DNA of 64,000 bases from an archaeon (lineage in GTDB: Archaea; Nanobdellota; Nanobdellia; Pacearchaeales; GW2011-AR1): positions 63,122 through 127,121 of the forward strand of contig JABHSE010000004.1 in the NCBI GenBank assembly GCA_018697035.1, read 5' to 3'. Below are positions 61,747 through 64,000 of the stretch, one piece after another. Position numbers and translations under genes: made by a program. The notes below the pieces were generated by a model, which was not told the origin of the DNA, searched no databases, and worked only from the letters and a program-made list of their open reading frames with translations. The first letter of the stretch is position 1. Each line of letters opens with the position of its first letter.

Positions 61747-63042
61747 ATGTATATAGCAAATCAGATAATAGAGGATGCGAGAAGAGAGTTCCTTGACGAA
61801 TGTGATTTTGTGTTGAGGCTTCCCTCAGCAATTGTTTTGAAGGGTCATGATAAAAAAATACTTTTTAGAGAGGTTATTTGTATTCCAAAATATTTCTATA
61901 TTGGGATAAAGGAAAATCATGGATATTTTGATATAGAAGAAAAATGCATTAGGTCAAATTTAAATACGGGTTCAGATTATGAATTAAAGGAATCGGACTG
62001 GGAGACATTAGAAGGTCGCTATCTTCTCTCACTAAAATCATTTTATATTACCATATTCGAAGATCATCCAGTTATTGCATTACTTAAGTTTAAAAAAACC
62101 ACTTTTCAAAGACTTTTTCAATGCAAATTAAAGATTTGGTCTGATATTCCCAAAAAATCATATCTTTTCTATCCCGATATCACATCCCTATCTATCATTT
62201 TATATTTATTTGAGAATACAATCTCTTTTGAGGATTTTAATGTTCATAAAGAACAATATAAAAATATTTTAAAAAATGAAAAAATGAATATTATGAATAT
62301 TACGCCTTCAGTTAGACAGAAATTAAATGAAACAGAAAATTACTCATACAATTTTTTTACTGACATTTTAATGCTTCCATTCTATTTTAATCTGGGTTTC
62401 AATGAAAGGGCGGCTGCATTTTATTCATTGCTCGGAGAACCTTTATCAGATGTTGAACAGTCATACAAGGCTTCTCCTGAAATGATGAGGTTTGAGCTTC
62501 CAAGCACTGGAGAAACAAGATTAGATGAAGACTTCACTTCACCTCTTTCGCTTATAATACCTTCAACAGACTATGCGACCCCTGAGGAATTTATAGGATA
62601 TATAAATAAAGCGATTAATAATAAAAAAATGATAATTAGATTCTATAAAAATATATTAAGTGATGATAGTATTGCAGTTGTCAATTTAGATATAAAGCTG
62701 GAAGATTTTTTTGAGCCAGTTCTTTCAAAATTTTTCCCTAAGAATTTACTGAGCTTTGAGCTTAGCACAAAGAAATATGTCAAGAAGCCTGTGTGTTTTT
62801 CTGACCTAAACTATACTGAGTCTAACTCAATAAAAATTTCATATAGTTCCCCCCATCTCTTGCTAAGAGGGCCATTATCTGATTTGAGAAATATTACGAA
62901 CTCAATAATTAAATTTAATAAGGGAACGGTCCAATATATTGATTCTCCTATTGATGGGAAAGGATCAGGAGGAGCGAAATTTTTAACCGAGGAAGAATAC
63001 AAGTTGTGTTACTCGCCAATAAGGAGGACTAAGGCACCATGA
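61747..63042 (+). CDS. unknown protein, element cargo paralog A
   Basis: 431-aa ORF sharing FL(D/N)ECD.V...P, YIGIKEN.G.F..EEK and CK.KIWS(D/E)IP..SY with the next ORF. Confidence 0.6.
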   Translation: MYIANQIIEDARREFLDECDFVLRLPSAIVLKGHDKKILFREVICIPKYFYIGIKENHGYFDIEEKCIRSNLNTGSDYELKESDWETLEGRYLLSLKSFYITIFEDHPVIALLKFKKTTFQRLFQCKLKIWSDIPKKSYLFYPDITSLSIILYLFENTISFEDFNVHKEQYKNILKNEKMNIMNITPSVRQKLNETENYSYNFFTDILMLPFYFNLGFNERAAAFYSLLGEPLSDVEQSYKASPEMMRFELPSTGETRLDEDFTSPLSLIIPSTDYATPEEFIGYINKAINNKKMIIRFYKNILSDDSIAVVNLDIKLEDFFEPVLSKFFPKNLLSFELSTKKYVKKPVCFSDLNYTESNSIKISYSSPHLLLRGPLSDLRNITNSIIKFNKGTVQYIDSPIDGKGSGGAKFLTEEEYKLCYSPIRRTKAP

Positions 63043-63095
63043 CTAATGGGATTAGCCTCACTATAAGTTAATGTTGTATGCAAATATAATTTGGA

Positions 63096-64000
63096 GATAA
63101 CTTATGTCGATATCTCATGAAATTGATCTTGATCGAAGAAGTTTTTTAAATGAATGTGATGTTGTTTTTCAAATTCCGGGAACTTTCAATTTAGAAGAAG
63201 AATCTATTCTGAAATGGGAACAAGAAGTTATCTGTGCATCAGTATTTTCTTATATTGGAATTAAAGAAAACAACGGGGAATTTGAGTTTGAAGAAAAATA
63301 CTTAAATATATTGAGTTTTACAGTAGAACAAGACGATTTTAAGGGATTAACAAAACAAATAGATAATGACGCAAAAAATGGTATAAAGAATCGTTTTTTG
63401 GCCTTGGAAAAAAATTCTTATATTCAAAACTTAAATATAAACAAGAGCACTTTTGAACGATTTAAAAAATGTAAAATTAAAATTTGGTCCGAAATTCCCC
63501 CGGGATCTTACATCCGAAAATGGGATTGTTCTTTTGTGGCATTATATTTCTTTTGTATTGAAAACAAAATTCCTTTTGAAAAGCTCAATCGCGAGATAGA
63601 GACATATAAAAAATTATTGCGTCGCTTAGAATTAAAAATTGATATCCTGAATATTCACCATGCAAAATCTATTTCGTTGACTGAAGCGGAAGAAAAAGCA
63701 TGCAAAATTATAATGAGATTATTTGAGTATCTCGTATTATTTGAATCTGCTCTTGATCTTAAAGTGGACTTCAGCTCTTTCTGTCCTTTATTAGGACCAA
63801 TTTTTTTGAATAATCAATCTTCCAAGTATAATATTTCAGAAGCAATGATTTTTCATTTACCCATTTCGGAGAAAAAGGAATATTTCTCTCCATTCGTTTG
63901 GCAGTGGAAAAACGATGATTACCTCAACTATGTCAACAAATTAGTTAACGATAAAAAGCTAAGAATTGGTCTAAAAGAGAACCCATTGGAATACTCGGAG
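63096..64000 (+). CDS. unknown protein, element cargo paralog B (partial; runs off the window)
   Basis: Absent from the ORF track. ATG at 63096 is preceded by GGAG. My translation is MSISHEIDLDRRSFLNECDVVFQIPGTF...YIGIKENNGEFEFEEKY...CKIKIWSEIPPGSYI..., open to the window end. Confidence 0.6.

Larger units (their letters stand above)
59577..64000 (+). mobile_element. putative integrated element (integrase, wHTH regulator, paralogous cargo genes); right end beyond the window
   Basis: Starts at the broken tRNA-Glu. Carries a tyrosine recombinase. Composition shifts abruptly: very AT-rich, and the C>G plus-strand bias is lost. Confidence 0.6.

Overview
AT-rich, gene-dense window. By gene content it comes from a small-genome archaeon, probably DPANN-like. 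Archaeal markers present: TFE, Rpo7/RpoE', Spt4, eS24, eS27ae-type S27, RNase P Rpp30, archaeal PheRS alpha/beta, Nre, and an intron-containing tRNA. About three quarters of the genes are on the minus strand.

Gene content:
- Five aaRS genes: AlaRS, LeuRS, PheRS alpha and beta, plus two HisRS paralogs.
- A UvrD-family helicase, topoisomerase IB, ScpA, UMP kinase, ITPase, HisI and HutH.
- Many small membrane or secreted proteins of unknown function.
- Five complete tRNAs: Glu-CUC with a roughly 88-nt intron, Thr-GGU, Trp-CCA and two His-GUG.
- Two incomplete tRNA-like genes.
- No rRNA and no CRISPR array.

Most notable observations:
1. A 56-62 bp hairpin-containing repeat is inserted in-frame, in the same orientation and reading frame, into four unrelated housekeeping genes (tfe, uvrD-like, pheS, rnp3). 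It adds a peptide of the form TRNSVPSKLGT..VPSSSGK. Shorter or diverged copies lie in leuS and in one intergenic spacer. This resembles Rickettsia palindromic elements.
2. A second, G-rich 26-mer is inserted into two genes and is read in two different frames.
3. LeuRS carries an internal Nudix domain and a G-quadruplex-type microsatellite.
4. A duplicated tRNA-His/HisRS module sits in a histidine-themed neighbourhood. Both tRNA-His genes share tandem U-U mismatches in the acceptor stem.
5. A tRNA-Glu(UUC) 5' half breaks exactly after the anticodon loop and abuts a tyrosine-integrase element. That element carries paralogous unknown cargo genes and runs off the window.
6. The plus strand is C>G and A>T regardless of gene orientation. 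This produces many spurious long antisense ORFs.
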